Below are positions 27,981 through 42,166 of a DNA stretch of 64,000 bases, piece after piece. The stretch comes from Daphnia carinata (lineage: Eukaryota). Under the pieces are notes generated by a model, which was not told the DNA's origin, did no database searches, and worked only from the letters and a program-made list of their open reading frames with translations. The position numbers and the translations under genes were made by a program. How positions within the stretch are numbered: the first letter of the stretch is position 1; each line of letters opens with the position of its first letter. Where the stretch lies: the NCBI RefSeq assembly GCF_022539665.2, contig NC_081331.1, positions 12,710,001-12,774,000 of the forward strand, in the 5' to 3' direction.

Positions 27981-30474
27981 GTCGTTGCTGCTTGCTATTG
28001 TTGCTTGTAGAAGCGAATGGATTTGTTTATGTTTACCAAGTCATCGGCGTCCCCCTTTTATACCTACACCTAGTCACGCCCTTTTACGCACGGTGCTCCT
28101 AGACCAAGCGTTGTTTGCGCAAACAACTTATATAAGATACACAAATTCTTGAAGGACACGTGTTCTGGAACATCCAGTGAGTACCTCCCTATCCCTCTTC
28201 CCTTTTTTCTTGAACGAAACAAACACATTGCGTGAACTTGAATCCCGTCTGATGCCAGAGGCTAAAAGAATTCTCGTTTCCAGTAGAAATACGCCAAAAG
28301 GCAAATGCCCTCGACATGCGAGTGATCCAAAACAAGTGCAACGTATGACAAGAACTGGTTTGCCAATGACTTGCTGAAACTTCAGGAACCTCAATCGTAT
28401 CAACCAGAGACTTCACCGGCAAACTGTCAAGGCTAAACGCTCAGGTGTACCGGGTTTCACGATGAAATGAACGAGTTTGTTCGTAATCATTTGCATTTTT
28501 GGCTTTGTTCATTTGTTTTTTGTTTTGTTTTTTTGTTTTTTTTTGTTTTTGTTTTTGAGGATAAAACTTGAACTGGTTGCAGCAGTTTTAAGTGTTGGTT
28601 TAAAACATGTCGTGTCGTGTTATCCGGTGTATTTGCATGCTTATTGCTCGGGGTTTTACCCGAATGCCACGTTATGTAACACTTCCAAAAGATAGAACAA
28701 AAACAACATCTTGTTTCATTTTTCTTCACAGTGCCTGCGCATGGCTACTAAAGGTAGGAAGCAAAAAGCTGATGCATCGTTACTCAGCATTACTAAGCAA
28801 AAGGAAAACGAAAACGAATGAACCAAAGAAACATTTACATGCGATATGGAAGTATGTTTTTCGGAACTAAAAAATCATTAGAAAAATTTAAAATATTTGT
28901 AATGTTCATCGCTTGGTTGGAAGGACGTCTGTAAAGTAAGCGCACAACCGCAACAGCGAAGAACCGCAGAGCGCACTAAAGTAACATGAAAACATCGTTC
29001 CGGGAAATTGTATTATAGGGACAATAGCACTACCCTTTTCAAAAAAGGCCAAGATGCATCGCCGGGTTCTGGTCATTCGAAATACCACCAATGTTCTCAT
29101 GAAAGACTAATTAATTTTATGGAGCGAGATTTCTTATTTTTTTCATGGATTTTTGTTTTTCTTCGCCTGGACGTATTTTAGTTCTTTTAATTGACTGATA
29201 TGGTTCTCTCTGCCTAACCGCCAGCTTCTGTCAAGGCTCAGCCAAATTCCGGTTTATTATTTTCGTCAGGAAACAGTGGCAACCATTATGGGCATTGCCA
29301 GTGACAGCTTGCAACCAAAATGCCAATAGCCTTCAGATCAAACAGGAAACTTTTATTTGTACCTCATCATTACCGTGTGCCAAATGAAGTAGTTTACGAT
29401 ATGATAAGCAAAACCAACAGTGTGTCCTTCAATAATCTACGTCGCCCAAATGCCCTTTCAGCTGTCTTAATGTCTGAATTGTATTCGAAATTCATATATC
29501 GAACAATAGCTGCGCAAAACTGGGTTCTTTTAAATGAATCGTCGGCGCCTTCTCCGACAGGTTTGTAGTAAGGTTAAAGAGAACAAACAAACAAAAAAAG
29601 AATAATGCCGAAAGGGAAACGAGCAATACAGGTTCAGCTATTGGCTAACTGCTTTTCGTTATTCTTATGCTAGATGGTGCCAACACCAGGTGAGGGCGCA
29701 GTCTTATGCTTACGAGCCAACAGCTACAGGGTGCTATTCTTGTTTTATATAATCACATTTTAGGGATGTAAAAGAAGAAGTACGTAATATAATATGCTCT
29801 TCAAACAACTGACGAAGCCATACGCAAAACACCAACGTCGTCAAATGTATGTGGTATTTGAAGTTTTTAAAAATAAATTTACCATCTGTCCAGGTAGAAT
29901 TTTATGACGTCGAAAAGTTTTATTTGTGCAATTCTTCGGCATTGCTTTCTTGCGCAATATAAAGAAATTTACCGGGTACATGAACTGATAATATCGTGTG
30001 ATCAACCTAATAACTACTCTGCCAGTTTTATGTTCTTCACCTGCCTGATTATACATTTGCAAGCACGATTGCTCAAGGCGGAACGTGACGCATCTACAGA
30101 CTTTGAGACGTCGCCCTGTTACAATTTAAAACTTATGCTTCAGCCATTTAAGAGTCAAATTATACATGCAATGTAGTTTAACATTAGGAAAAGAATTAGC
30201 TCGAGAGGTGTTAGCTATGTGTCTCGCTTTCGGCTCATTTTTATAAGGATGGCGTTAGCTGTTTCCCACAGGTAAGTTAAATTACTATTTGCAAAAATTT
30301 TAGTAGAAATAAACAACTGATCTAAAAATTGCTTTTTGTTTATTGACACAAAAAAAAAGTTGATAACGGAAACATCCGATAAGGCAGAGTATATAAGTGC
30401 CACAGTGCCGGTAACATTTTGATTGACAGTTGTCGTTTAGAAATGGTAAGTTGAATGTTCGTGGAAGATTGTGT

Positions 30475-31129
30475 TTAGCCGTAATAGCGTCCACCGTATG
30501 CACCGTAGTTTCCACTGGGATATGTACCGTAGCTTCTTCCACGATTTCCTCCGTAGTTTCCGCTTGATGCTCCATAATGTACTCCGTAGTTTCCGCTTGA
30601 TGCTCCATAATATCCTCCGTAGTTTCCACTGGATGCCGTACGATATGCTCCGGAACTGGTTCTACGAGTTTCAGCTGTATTCAAGTCTGCAACGGCATCT
30701 TCTTCGACGGAGCGTCCGTATCGGGCTTTATGTCCGCTCTGTCCCCCATATCCTCCATAGCCGCTGTGTCCACTATATCCTCCATAGGCGCTGTGTCCTC
30801 CATATCCGCCACGGCCCCCGTAACCGCTGTATCCACGGTAACCACCGTACGCACCGAATTTGCCCTCAGCAGCATCCAAGTCGGTCATCTGATCAACTAG
30901 TTCAGCCTGGTCTAAGGCTGCAGCTACTGCCAACAAACACGCTAATGCGATCTATAGAAATTGGATCATAATGCTTAGCACTTTTAACTGTTACGTTGCT
31001 CTTCTTTGACATTTAGATTAGCACATCATTTAAATATTGCGTTGATGGGCATTTCACGATTTAATTACAGTTAGAGTGAACCAATTAAACTAAATTAGAA
31101 TAGATTTGCACACTTACCGCGATTTTCAT
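30475..31129 (-). CDS. Gly/Tyr-rich two-peptide precursor gene B
   Basis: Exon 1 31118-31129 (MKIA), exon 2 30475-30951. DLDAAE-peptide-RYGR-SVEEDAVADLNTAE-peptide, with three ASSGNYG repeats. Confidence 0.88.
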
Positions 31130-32383
31130 GGTTCTGACGACTTCTTGTTGGTGCTGAGCAAAATGAGTTGTGGGTATCGATGAAGCATTTTCTTATGTCT
31201 TTTATACCTGTTCATCGTGATGAATCATGCTTCCCTTCAATACACAATGTGTAATGTAGAAAGCTTATAATTTTGTTAATCTGCAAAAACCTTCGAAGTC
31301 GAATTCGTGTACAACGGATGGCATTGCCCATTTTGCCTTTGGTGCGTCCGTTCTTGAATCCTTGACGAAATAGTAGGACAAACGCGCCCATGGCCACGCC
31401 CGTCTTGCATAAAAAGCCCCGCTTGTTTTACAGAATGATCTTGTCCCGCATAAAGAAAATATTTTGTTGAAAATAAACCAATCTACTTAAAACTGACCAA
31501 TCAAATTTTCTGTTACCTTGAATGTTCGCACAAGAACAATTCAATTCTCTTCTTGGTTTGATATTCACTGTCCCCGCTCGATATATCAGTTGTTTCGGGC
31601 TCTCAAACAATAGTCGAAGGTCAACTAAAAAAAGCTATCTGCACGGTCTGATAAGCATCTTGAAAAGATTAAACACAAACGAGGATTGCCATTGAAAACC
31701 CGAATTCAAAGTTATGTTTTAGTTATGAGTTTAGTCTAATTAGAATCAATAAAAAAGAAAAGAAAAAGACGTTGATGCAGATGTGCATCTTATACCATCC
31801 TTAACCGATTAACTATAACAGCCCACAAAAACGAAGTTTTTCAACCGCTTTCGCAGCTAAAGTTGAATTATGCTTACGTAAAAAATTGGATAGAAAAACC
31901 TTAGGGGCTTGAATAGATCAAACAAACATCGATCAAGCAGAAAACTGTCAATCGATCTTTCGTATGGACAGGGATATGCGTAGTCGAATGTTTTTTTTAA
32001 GTCGCTGTTCGCGTCAGAAGGTGACAGTACTTTAGTTGAGCCGTTGGTGTTCACCTTAAACATTTCAGGGATAAGTAAAATGTAACCTACTGTAGATCCT
32101 TGTTTATTTTTCCCTTTCCATCTAGGACAAAATTGAAGAAACATACAGAAAATGAAGATCCCCATTTTTTCTCTAAAGGAATTTGCCCCCGTTTCGATGT
32201 TTTATCTCGCTAATAAGTGTCGACTGAGACCCACATCAGCTGATATGCAGTAGGCAGCCTATCTCACTAGCGATAACCCAAGAGTTAAATATCCAGCTTA
32301 AAGGGCGGCGATAGCTGGTCGTTTCCGTACAGTCACTAAAGTCGTTGAGTTCATGACACGTCTCGTACATCAACGTTAAAAAC

Positions 32384-34598
32384 ATGTTAACCTTTCTGTG
32401 CTCACTGCCCATTTTATGGCAAATCGGATTGCTCATTTCGCTTCTACTTGGTGGCTTTAAAGCCTACCTCTGGTACACGTTGGGTGTTTGTACCAGCACA
32501 AAGAAAATGTCGGGCAAAACGGTCATCATCACTGGAGCCAATACGGGTATCGGCAAAGAGACTGCCATTGATCTTGCAAAACGAGGAGCACGAGTCATTC
32601 TCGCATGTCGAGATCCAAAAAAAGCAGCGATCGCCAAAGGTAAGCCGGCCTTACTTTCAATACCATGGTAACACATCGCACTCGAAATTTTCACTGATTT
32701 TCTAACCGTTGGGGCAGATGATATTATTCAGGAAACCGGTAACAAAAATGTAGTCGTCCGCCACCTTGACTTGGCATCCCTCAAGTCTGTCCGCAAGTTT
32801 GCAGCTGAAATTCTTAAGAGTGAACCTCGTCTGGACATCCTCATCAACAACGCCGGCTGCGCTACAATTGAGAAGAAACTAACTGAAGATGGATTAGAGT
32901 ACCAAATGCAAAGCAATCACTTTGGTCACTTCTTGCTAACCAATCTACTGTTAGGTAAGACTTGTCCGGTAGAAATCGCAAGTTAGTAGGCAAATATTCG
33001 GTGAAAGTAGACTTAAACAGTTGGATCGTATACAATGTGTACATTATTTGATACGTTAATTGAAACTGAAGGATTGATCATCAAAACCGGGACTGCTCGT
33101 ATTATCAACGTTAGCTCTGAAGCCCATAGGATGCCCAATCGCTTGAATTTGGACGATCTGACCTTTGATCGTGACCCAGCTGACAGCAAAATTCTCAGAA
33201 TTTATGGTGTCACGAAGCTTTGCAACATTCTGTTTAGCAAAGAACTGGCAAGAAAGCTCGAACCTTGTGGTGAATGGTTTTCATTACTATTTACGGCTCG
33301 ATGAAAGAGTGTGTGCGTTATTCAACGGTGGAATGGAATGCCAAAGGCAACTGGTTTTCGTATCGAATCAGCATAAAATTGGCGCTTGAGCATGTTACTG
33401 TCAGCACTTCTATTCTTCTTCCTTCTTTTTTCATGTGCCTTGTCCTCCTAGGATTGCTGAAAAAATCAGCCCCTTCCCGCATCATTCACGTTTCTTCCAT
33501 GGCGCACGCTTTTACCAAGACGTTGGACTTGAATAACTTGAATTCGGAACTATCCTATAATACCGGCACAGTGTAGGCTATTAAATTGCCATTTTGTTCT
33601 GCGTGTCGCGAGTTTCTTTTTAATATGCACTATCATTTTTTTGTTAGATATTACTATTCCAAGTTGAGCCAAGTTCTTTGTACTCGACATCTCACACGTC
33701 TCCTTTCCAATTCCGGTAACGGCCAACAGCCAAATTTGCTTAAATCATAGAACAAAGTCAGATTTTCTATCACCCTACTCTACGACATTATGTTCGAAAG
33801 GCGTGACCGTGAACTGTTTACATCCTGGTGCTGTCCAAACTGAAATATTCCGCAACGCTCCTTCATGTAACATCAGCTCATTTAAATTATTGGCGCACCA
33901 ATTTCTATTCGACCTCACACTGTGTTATTCCTTAATTCATTAGGGTTCCAGATGATAGCCGCCATCACTTTTCCTCTTTTCTTCAAGGTTCTTTTCGTTT
34001 TTTTCTTAGTTCGCTTCCGCTTCTTATTTTCATTCCACTGATTGAGTAATTGCGCTTACTTCATTATCATCAAGCAAATGTTTTTAATTTCTAAATTGAT
34101 CGTACTAATTTACGCCTGTATCTCCAGGTAAGAATATAACTGTCAATTCTCTTCATCCGGGAGTCGTACATACCGAATTCGGTCGGTTCCTTCCTTATGA
34201 GGTTTTCAAGAAAATAATGACAGCCATTTCCCCCCTCTTCTCGAAGGTTGAGAGCGACTTATCAAGACACGCTTTTTCATTCTATTTGATTTTCTTAATT
34301 GATTCAATCGGTTGGTAAAACATGTGATTGTAAATCTTATTTTTAGTCGGCTAAAGAAGGAGCGCAGACCACAATTTACTTGGCTGTGGCTGACGAAGTC
34401 GCCAACGTTTCAGGAAAATATTTCTGCGATTGCAAGGTAAATGTTTCTATCGCAATTTGTATTGAAGATCATAACCGATGACTTTCTCGTCAGATCGCTA
34501 AAACCAGCAAATTGGCAAAGGATGCGGGACTAGCCAAAAAATTGTGGGAAGTCAGTGAAACGCTTGTTAAATTGAAGCCAGAAGAGCGACACTACTAA
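32384..34598 (+). CDS. Short-chain dehydrogenase/reductase, retinol dehydrogenase 11-14-like, with duplicated alternative internal exons
   Basis: N-terminal anchor, [44 protein letters not shown], two YxxxK-bearing exon sets, [34 protein letters not shown] at 34596-34598. Confidence 0.92.
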
Positions 34599-35444
34599 TG
34601 ATGGGGAATTAGGCCAAATAATTTTCTGAAATTAATAGCCAATAATACATCAACTGAAACAAATGAAGTCTTTGAGAGTGGTGTATTCTATAGTATTATG
34701 TTTGGATTGCCTACGGAATCAGTCATAAAGCGCTGGTTTGTATGTGAATATCATTCCTCTCGCTCCATCCGGTAGGAGTGACTTGACAGTCTTCTTAACA
34801 TAGACGTTCTTCGAGATACAGACGCTATACTCAAGTGCTAGAAGATAAGATGTGCAAGCCAAAGTCATGGCCACCGCTACAGCCGATAAACAGCATATTT
34901 GTGGTCGGCCTCTATGACCCCCAAGATTATTTATCTTAACCAAAAATTTTCATGTTAACTGTTAACCCACACATAGGGGGCTTAAATTTCTAAGCTTAAA
35001 CTACAAATAAGGGCATGATAAAAAAAAATTACACGCATCAACCAAACCACCACTTCGGGCTTATTATTATTATCGGGCTAAAGAAATAAGCCTCCTAAAT
35101 ACGACAAACTAAACATGATATCCACTCAAAACTAAAAGAAGCATGAACATCGCAATTGTTTTGGTAGGTCATCATACGACAACACAGTTTTCACCTATTT
35201 CAATTTCAAGCCATTTTTTGCTATTGGATCGACTGTAACATCAATATGATAGAAATTTCTTGATAGCGAAGCATGAGACAAATTGTAAAACGCGGTCCAA
35301 TGGACAATTGACACATATTTATTGATTCAAATCATTTTCAACGTGGAGCATACATCAATGGAAGCGTCGTACGAACATAAATTCCCGAATTAGAGTATTA
35401 AGCGAGCAACGAGTTTCAGGTTTCAAACAGAAATTAGTAGAAAG

Positions 35445-36427
35445 TTAACCGTGGTAGTGGCCGTGTCCACCACCGAATCCACCGTGTCCATATCCGCCGT
35501 GATGTCCACCTCCGTAACCGCCATGGTGTCCACCTCCATAGCCTCCGTGGTGATGGTGCCCACCTCCATAGCCTCCGTGATGATGGTGTCCACCTCCATA
35601 CCCACCATAATGGCCACCGCCATATCCATGGTGATGTTGTTCGGCGCCCTCCTGATCGGCAATTTCAACAACTGGCTGAACGACCGCTACGGCTGGCTGG
35701 ATTGCTTCAACAGATCTGCGTTTGCGTCCCCATCCGCCGAATCCATGGCTGTGCCCTCCTCCGTATCCACCATGGTGTCCGCCTCCATATCCACCGTGGT
35801 GTCCGCCTCCATATCCACCGTGATGCCCACCTCCATAGCCCCCGTGGTGATGATGTCCACCTCCATACCCACCATGATGGCCACCACCATATCCATGGTA
35901 ATGTTGTTCGGCGGCTTCCTGGTCGGTAATCTCAACAACTGGTTGGACGACCTCTACTGCTGGCTGGACGACTTCTACTGCTGGCTGAATTGCTTCAAGA
36001 GATCTGCGTTTGCGTCCCCATCCGCCGAATCCATGGCCGTGTCCGCCTCCGTGTCCGCCTCCGTATCCACTGTGGTGGCCGCCATGGTGCCCGCCTCCGT
36101 ATCCACTATGATGGCCGCCATAGTGCCCGCCTCCGCCGTGGTGCCCACCGCCGTATCCGCCGTGATGTCCACCACCGTACCCACCATAATGTTGCTCGGC
36201 AACGTCTTGATCAGCGACGACAGCAACTGGTTGGCTTCCCTCTACTAATGGCTGGTTTTCCTCAACGGCTACGGCTAGCGCCACTAAGCTCGCCAAGACA
36301 ATCTATGTAGATCACGTACATTGAAACAAAAAAGAATGCTCAGTGAATTAAACTAAACTCAATAATAAAAATCCTAATTGTTTGACACTACTTGTTTACA
36401 CAGCTGACAACTTACCACGAGTTTCAT
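35445..36427 (-). CDS. His/Gly-rich three-peptide precursor gene C
   Basis: Exon 1 36416-36427 (MKLV), exon 2 35445-36302. Three units DQxxAE-QH...(GGGHHGGY)n; the first two end GFGGWG-RKRR-S. Confidence 0.9.
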
Positions 36428-38687
36428 GATTGTGCTGTTGTTTTCTTGTTTGTTGCTCTACAGATGATGGAACTTATGAAACTGCTGCTGCTGTGTGTGT
36501 TGGACCAAGTCTTTTATACCGAAAGAAAACCCGCCTTTCATGCGCGTACGTGGTTTCATTCACTGCAAGACAAGTGGGCAAGACCCGTTACGGGTATTCG
36601 TCCAGAAAGTTTAAAGAAAACCTTGGGGCTACACCAAACCTCCGAGTAGATGATCAGCAGAAAAAAAAAATGGGAGAGAAAAACTTCCCTTTATCCGGAT
36701 TAAAGTGGATATTCAAGTACAGAACACACGTGTGTTTAGAGTTTTTCGTTGTAAAAAAAAAACGTGCGTGCTACAAGGAGTCATCGACATGACGCCTGAA
36801 GCGGCCTTCTTTGCCGCGTTCGCATCCTACTCGCTTTCACTTGGTTTTTCCGAACATGTCGTAAGATTGAAACATTCGAGGGACTCAGATGAGTGATAGG
36901 ATTGGCAGCGAAAAGATACCAATAAACCAATTTGAGGAGAAATTTGCCTTGCATAAGTTTGGGTTTTAATTCGCTGAGCAGCACATTGCGAAAAGATGCA
37001 GGGTGGTGGTGCGAAGTGATGTGAATCACTTCAATTGATTACAGCGTGAATATTCGAAATTGATGAAAGCTGATATAAAGAAGGGAAAATCCCCAAACTG
37101 GATTTTCAGGTCGTTGGGTCCAAGCGACCAACAACAATGAGTTATATTTTGATTTCGCAACGTCATCGACACCTTGTGAAAACCCCAGACCGTACAAGTC
37201 ACCGATTTTAGAGTGTTTCTTTTTGTTTTTGAAACTTGATAGTTGAAATTATGCAACCATTAGCATATTAAACTAAAAATATCTCCGTAAAGCTAATAGA
37301 ACATTTATGATACGCGTAATTCACAGCTTTTGTGGATTCTTCAACAACTAACCAAATCAGTTTAACGTTTTAGAATTTTCTAAAACAATTTCAACAACAC
37401 TTTTCAGTCTATTCTCCCACCAGGTGAATAGATAAATCGTGTTCCGCAATGCTGACGACGGTATTAAATCATCCTTTGAAGGCCATAAACCGCTTGTGAA
37501 GAGTGAGCCATTCGTTTTGCAAATCAAAAGTCAGGGTGAATATTGAAAATGCTGTTTTCAAGGGCAAGAAAGGACAATATTGTAACACTCGATGAGTTTA
37601 GCTAAAAATAAAATGCGCCGCATCACGGGCTCTGAATGGTATTGCATGACACAACACGGAAGTCGTGCAGAAGCTCACGATAAAACGTTGACTCAGGTAG
37701 TAAGCTATTTGTCTTCATTTAAGGACCATTGGCGTTTTTATTTAACTCGTCAACCAGAAAAAAAGATAAGGCAAAAGAGCCAGGCAATAGAAAAAAAGAA
37801 AGGTAAAATGAAAAGCAGTTGTTTTTTGGCCTTGAATCCCAAGCTTTTATTCCTGTGATTAATTACGTGCATCTTATAGATAACGAAACAATAGTCTCTT
37901 GTCTAGGCCAAGACACAGCACTTAGACAATACAACACTTTTGCATTTAAATCTCCTTTTTTAATTTGCAGGCAAACAAAAGCCTTTCAATAAAAAATTTT
38001 GGCTAAGACAATTAATAATACTTGCCTCGAAGAATCTGCAGTTCAGCTCCATTTAAATCAACGGCTGTTCCTTGCCTTTTTATTTTATTCTTCATGGCAG
38101 CAATTGTGTTGATGTTTGAAAACAAATGAATTTTCTTTGGTTCACATCAATTCAAACTCAAATCATCAAGGTGGCAATCTCAAGGTTAATGGCATGTGAA
38201 CGAATTCTTTATCGTCGTGAGAAATAAATTTAACGTTGGCTACACAAAAAAGATCAGATCGTCTATTTATGTGCCGAATGATTGCCGCAAACGCCGCCGT
38301 AAACCATTTTCAAAGTGGGTGTGATTTTTAGTGCTGGGCTGCGGTGAATCGATCGGGAAAATGCTGCAGGCGACAATAAAAACCTGAAGAAAGCTAATTG
38401 CTGGATGATTTTGAGACATATTATGCCAAGCCAAGTTTGCTGTTATTGCCTTCCGATATAAAAATAGAGCTTTTGAACCAACTGTTGTTAGATTTTGAAC
38501 AGCACAACGACGTCGTTGATACAACCCAATACTTTATTAAATCAAAATAATTCGTGATAACGATAACAACATGGTTTTACAGCCAACCTAAGATAACGCG
38601 CCATTTCGAAATACCTTCAAATGCTTGATAATAGCAGTTTAGAATAACAAGAACAATAAACATAAATTCGCATGAAGAAGGATTGCC

Positions 38688-39141
38688 TCAGCCATGATGG
38701 CCGAAACTACCATAACCACCATGTCCGCTATGCCCACCATGCCCGCCATGATGTCCACCGTAGTGTCCGCGGCCTCCGTATCCTCCACGTCGATGTTCCG
38801 CAGTTTCTAAGTCAGCGACAACGGCATCGTCTTCAACGGAGCGACGCTTACGACCCCAACCATAGTGTCCATGATATCCGCCCCGATATCCTCCATATCC
38901 GCCACGGTAGCCTCCATAACCGTGTCTGCGATGTTCGGCCACATCAAGATCAGCGGCCTCGACGACAACGTCTGCTTCTTCAACTGCTGCTGCGGCTAGC
39001 GCCATTAAACATACTAATGCGATCTGATGGAAATAACATGCAAACATAATACAAGTCAACGTCAGATAAACAATTCGCAGATTTAATTCTAATTTCTTGA
39101 ATTTGAATGTAGGAAAAATGGAGTCTTACCACGACTTTCAT
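38688..39141 (-). CDS. Gly/His/Arg-rich two-peptide precursor gene D
   Basis: Exon 1 39130-39141 (MKVV), exon 2 38688-39023. DLDVAE-HRRHGYGG...YGWG-RKRR-SVEDDAVVADLETAE-HRRGGY... Confidence 0.9.
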
Positions 39142-40259
39142 GTTTGCTAATTTTCAAGTGTTGTTCTCAATTGCTGGGGTGGTGATGTATTTTACCACTG
39201 TGTTCATCAATCCCTTTTATACCGACCCATCGTCACGGATGCGTGCCCATCTGTACCTGTTTGGGAACCTTGAGTAATTGATATCGTCATTGGAATCGAT
39301 AGAATCTCAGAACCACTTGTACAGGGGAAATTTAAAACAAAAATCCCCTTGCCCCCTGAAAAGAAACTTGTTTTCTGCGTCGTAGGAAAAACACAATCCC
39401 TGAAAGGCATCAAAACTAAAGGTATTTAAAAAAACAGGCCAAAAAACAACAAACAAGTTTTCCTACGCCTCGTTACGAAAAACAAGTTTTTCTACGATTC
39501 ATCTATAAAACAGAGATGTCATCAACGACCTCAAGTTAGCCAAACTGTTGCAATCACTTGCCTAAAGCGAAACTTATTCTCTCTCTCTGTTTCTTAATTT
39601 TGCTTATTTCTCATTACGAATAACACCGCTGTTCTGTTTGCTGCGAGGCTGTTGAGGTGGTGGTATGCAACTAATACTGAAATTACAGCCGTACTCCATT
39701 AAAACATTGCGCATATTTTTTCTGTTAAATTATGGAATCCACATTTGTTGTCAATAGCAGGACGACAAGTAATTCTATTGTCCGTCGATTGTAAATGGAT
39801 GTTTCATTCTGTGCCTTTCTTCCTTCTTATTTATTGTCTTTACAGTATAATGTGGAAGCGTACAGCACGCCTAGTGTGTAGTTTAAGAATTTATGAAAGC
39901 ACTCCTAGTTTATACAGTTACAACTGTGATTTCAACAATTCAATTATCTTTTGTCCACTGCTATAGAATATTGGCATTATAATATAGCCATTAGGAATTT
40001 TGCTGACGCTGCTATTGTTAAAATGAATGAAGAAACAAGGTAATGTTCAAAGCACCGAAACGACATGTTTATTGAATAAAAAAAACGCATTTTGTAATCG
40101 ACCCATTTCACCTTACGTGTTGGTATAAAAAATGTTAGTTTTACTTTTGCCTTTAGATTGGATAACATGTAACAGCTCAGCAATATTAAAGGAAAGAGTA
40201 TCCTTATTACGGAACGTAGTTACGTACTAAACTTAACAACAATTTTAATTTTTCACATT

Positions 40260-41004
40260 TTAGCGTCCCCAACCATAACCTCCATAACCTCCATAACCTC
40301 CATAGCCACCGTAAGTAATGGGCCTATACCCATTGTAGCTACCATAACCATCGTAGTTACCGTAACCTCTATTGATACCATAGCCACCGTAACCACCGTA
40401 GGCTACATTATGATGCTCAGCGGTTTCTTGATCTACAACGACGTCGTCTTCAACAGAGCGGCCTTTACGACTGTGTCCATTGTATCCGCTGTATCCTCCA
40501 CGGCCACCATATCCAGCGTATCTTCGGCTTTCGGCTGCGTTAAGATCAGAGACATCCCGGACGATTGGTTCTGCATCCTCTACGATTGGCTGGTCTTCTC
40601 CAATTGAACGGCGTTTTCGGCCCCATCCACCATGTTGGCCGTATCCACTGTGTCCCCCATATCCGCCGTATCCACTATGTCCCCCATGTCCGCCGTATCC
40701 ATTAGGACGTCCTCCGTATCCACCATATCCACTAGGACGTCCACCGTATCCTCTGCTGTGGTGTTCTGCAGCATCCAGGTCTGTTACCTCACCGACTTCA
40801 GGTTTAGCCTTGTCCTCGGCTACGCATAGCGCCAGCAAGCAGGTCAGTACGATCTATAGTTGGATAGTGCAGCACGGAAATGAAATTTAGATTTGTTTAA
40901 GTAGGATATAGGCAAAAATACGTACACTTTGATTCGAAATGAGGTCTAACAGTAATCTTTTTGATATAAGTAAAGTGAGAATTAGATTTTACCACAAGTT
41001 TCAT
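40260..41004 (-). CDS. Gly/Tyr-rich three-peptide precursor gene E
   Basis: Exon 1 40993-41004 (MKLV), exon 2 40260-40853. DLDAAE / WG-RKRR-S / DLNAAE / RKGR-S / DQETAE; ends GYGWGR*. Confidence 0.9.
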
Positions 41005-42166
41005 GGCTGTGAAGTCTTCTAGTGTTGTTCGCTGAGTGAGGGAAGAATTGTTGTGAATGGAACCCTGCCAGCGCTTTTATACGAATCCACCGTCACGGCA
41101 AATGCACCATCCGCTGTTGTTCGTATAAGTTTAGCAAAACAAATAACTAAGTCCTCGAACCAAAAACATGCTAAGGACAAATGCGGTATTCTTCTTTGGC
41201 CCGCCGGATCTCAATGACTCACCACTACCGCAATATCACCCGTAAGTCAATATTGCTGAAGTGTACAAGTAAACGTTAGACGCAAGAAAACCCAATCTAT
41301 TATAAAGCGATCACTCAGACACAGCTCGTCCTGTCATAAAGTTGAAGTGGCTCCATTTTACAGCTGGATAACATTAAAATGTTGTGTTTTTTTATTAGAC
41401 TAATGCCGCGTTTCAGAAAGTTCTTTTGGCAAACTGCGAAATGCGTTGCTATGCACTAAACGCAAAAAAGCACCCAGTACACGAAATAAATGCGTTGAAT
41501 GAACATTCAACAAAGGTAAATGACCGCAAGTAATTGTACGTCCGATGACCAAACGGGAATCCCGCGTTCAAAATTTTTCGTGGGATGAAAGTAACTTTTC
41601 TGAAGCGTTCAACCATGTGCACGAAAAAATAAAAAATAAATAAAATAACGTTTAGCTTTCTGTCCGGATTGCTCCGGTTCTTACAATGCAGTCATCGGCC
41701 GTGAGTTGACTTCCGTGTAAGACATACGTTAAACCTTGAAATGTTTGTCTCTTGATCCGACCAATGGCAACAGACGAGGTTATTCAAGACGTAATTTCTG
41801 TTTTTAATTCGAAGAGAATCAAGATCGATGCTAGCCATTACACTCACGAATCACAGATTTTCAGACTCTTCTTTCGTATCAAGTTTATAGAATGTAAATG
41901 TACGTGATTAATGAATGATTGACATAATTTTTTGAATTTTCCCGAGTTCCAGTGTTCATATTCTATTATTCACTAAGAAAAACATGTGATAATAATGCTG
42001 TAATAAATTTATTAATCATTTCATACAGATTTCTCTTTTTTAAATTGTTATTAGAAGGGTGGAATCTTTGGCTTTTCTATGACGAAAAGCTTTATCCTAG
42101 TTGGAACAAAAATACCATCCACCGACAAAAAATGAACATCACTAATAAAACTTCAAATCATAGTTC

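Noticed and set aside
28128..29100. Short ORFs upstream of gene A as a possible transposon or gene remnant
   Set aside because: No recognizable motif in the frames examined and frequent stops; cannot be supported without a database search.
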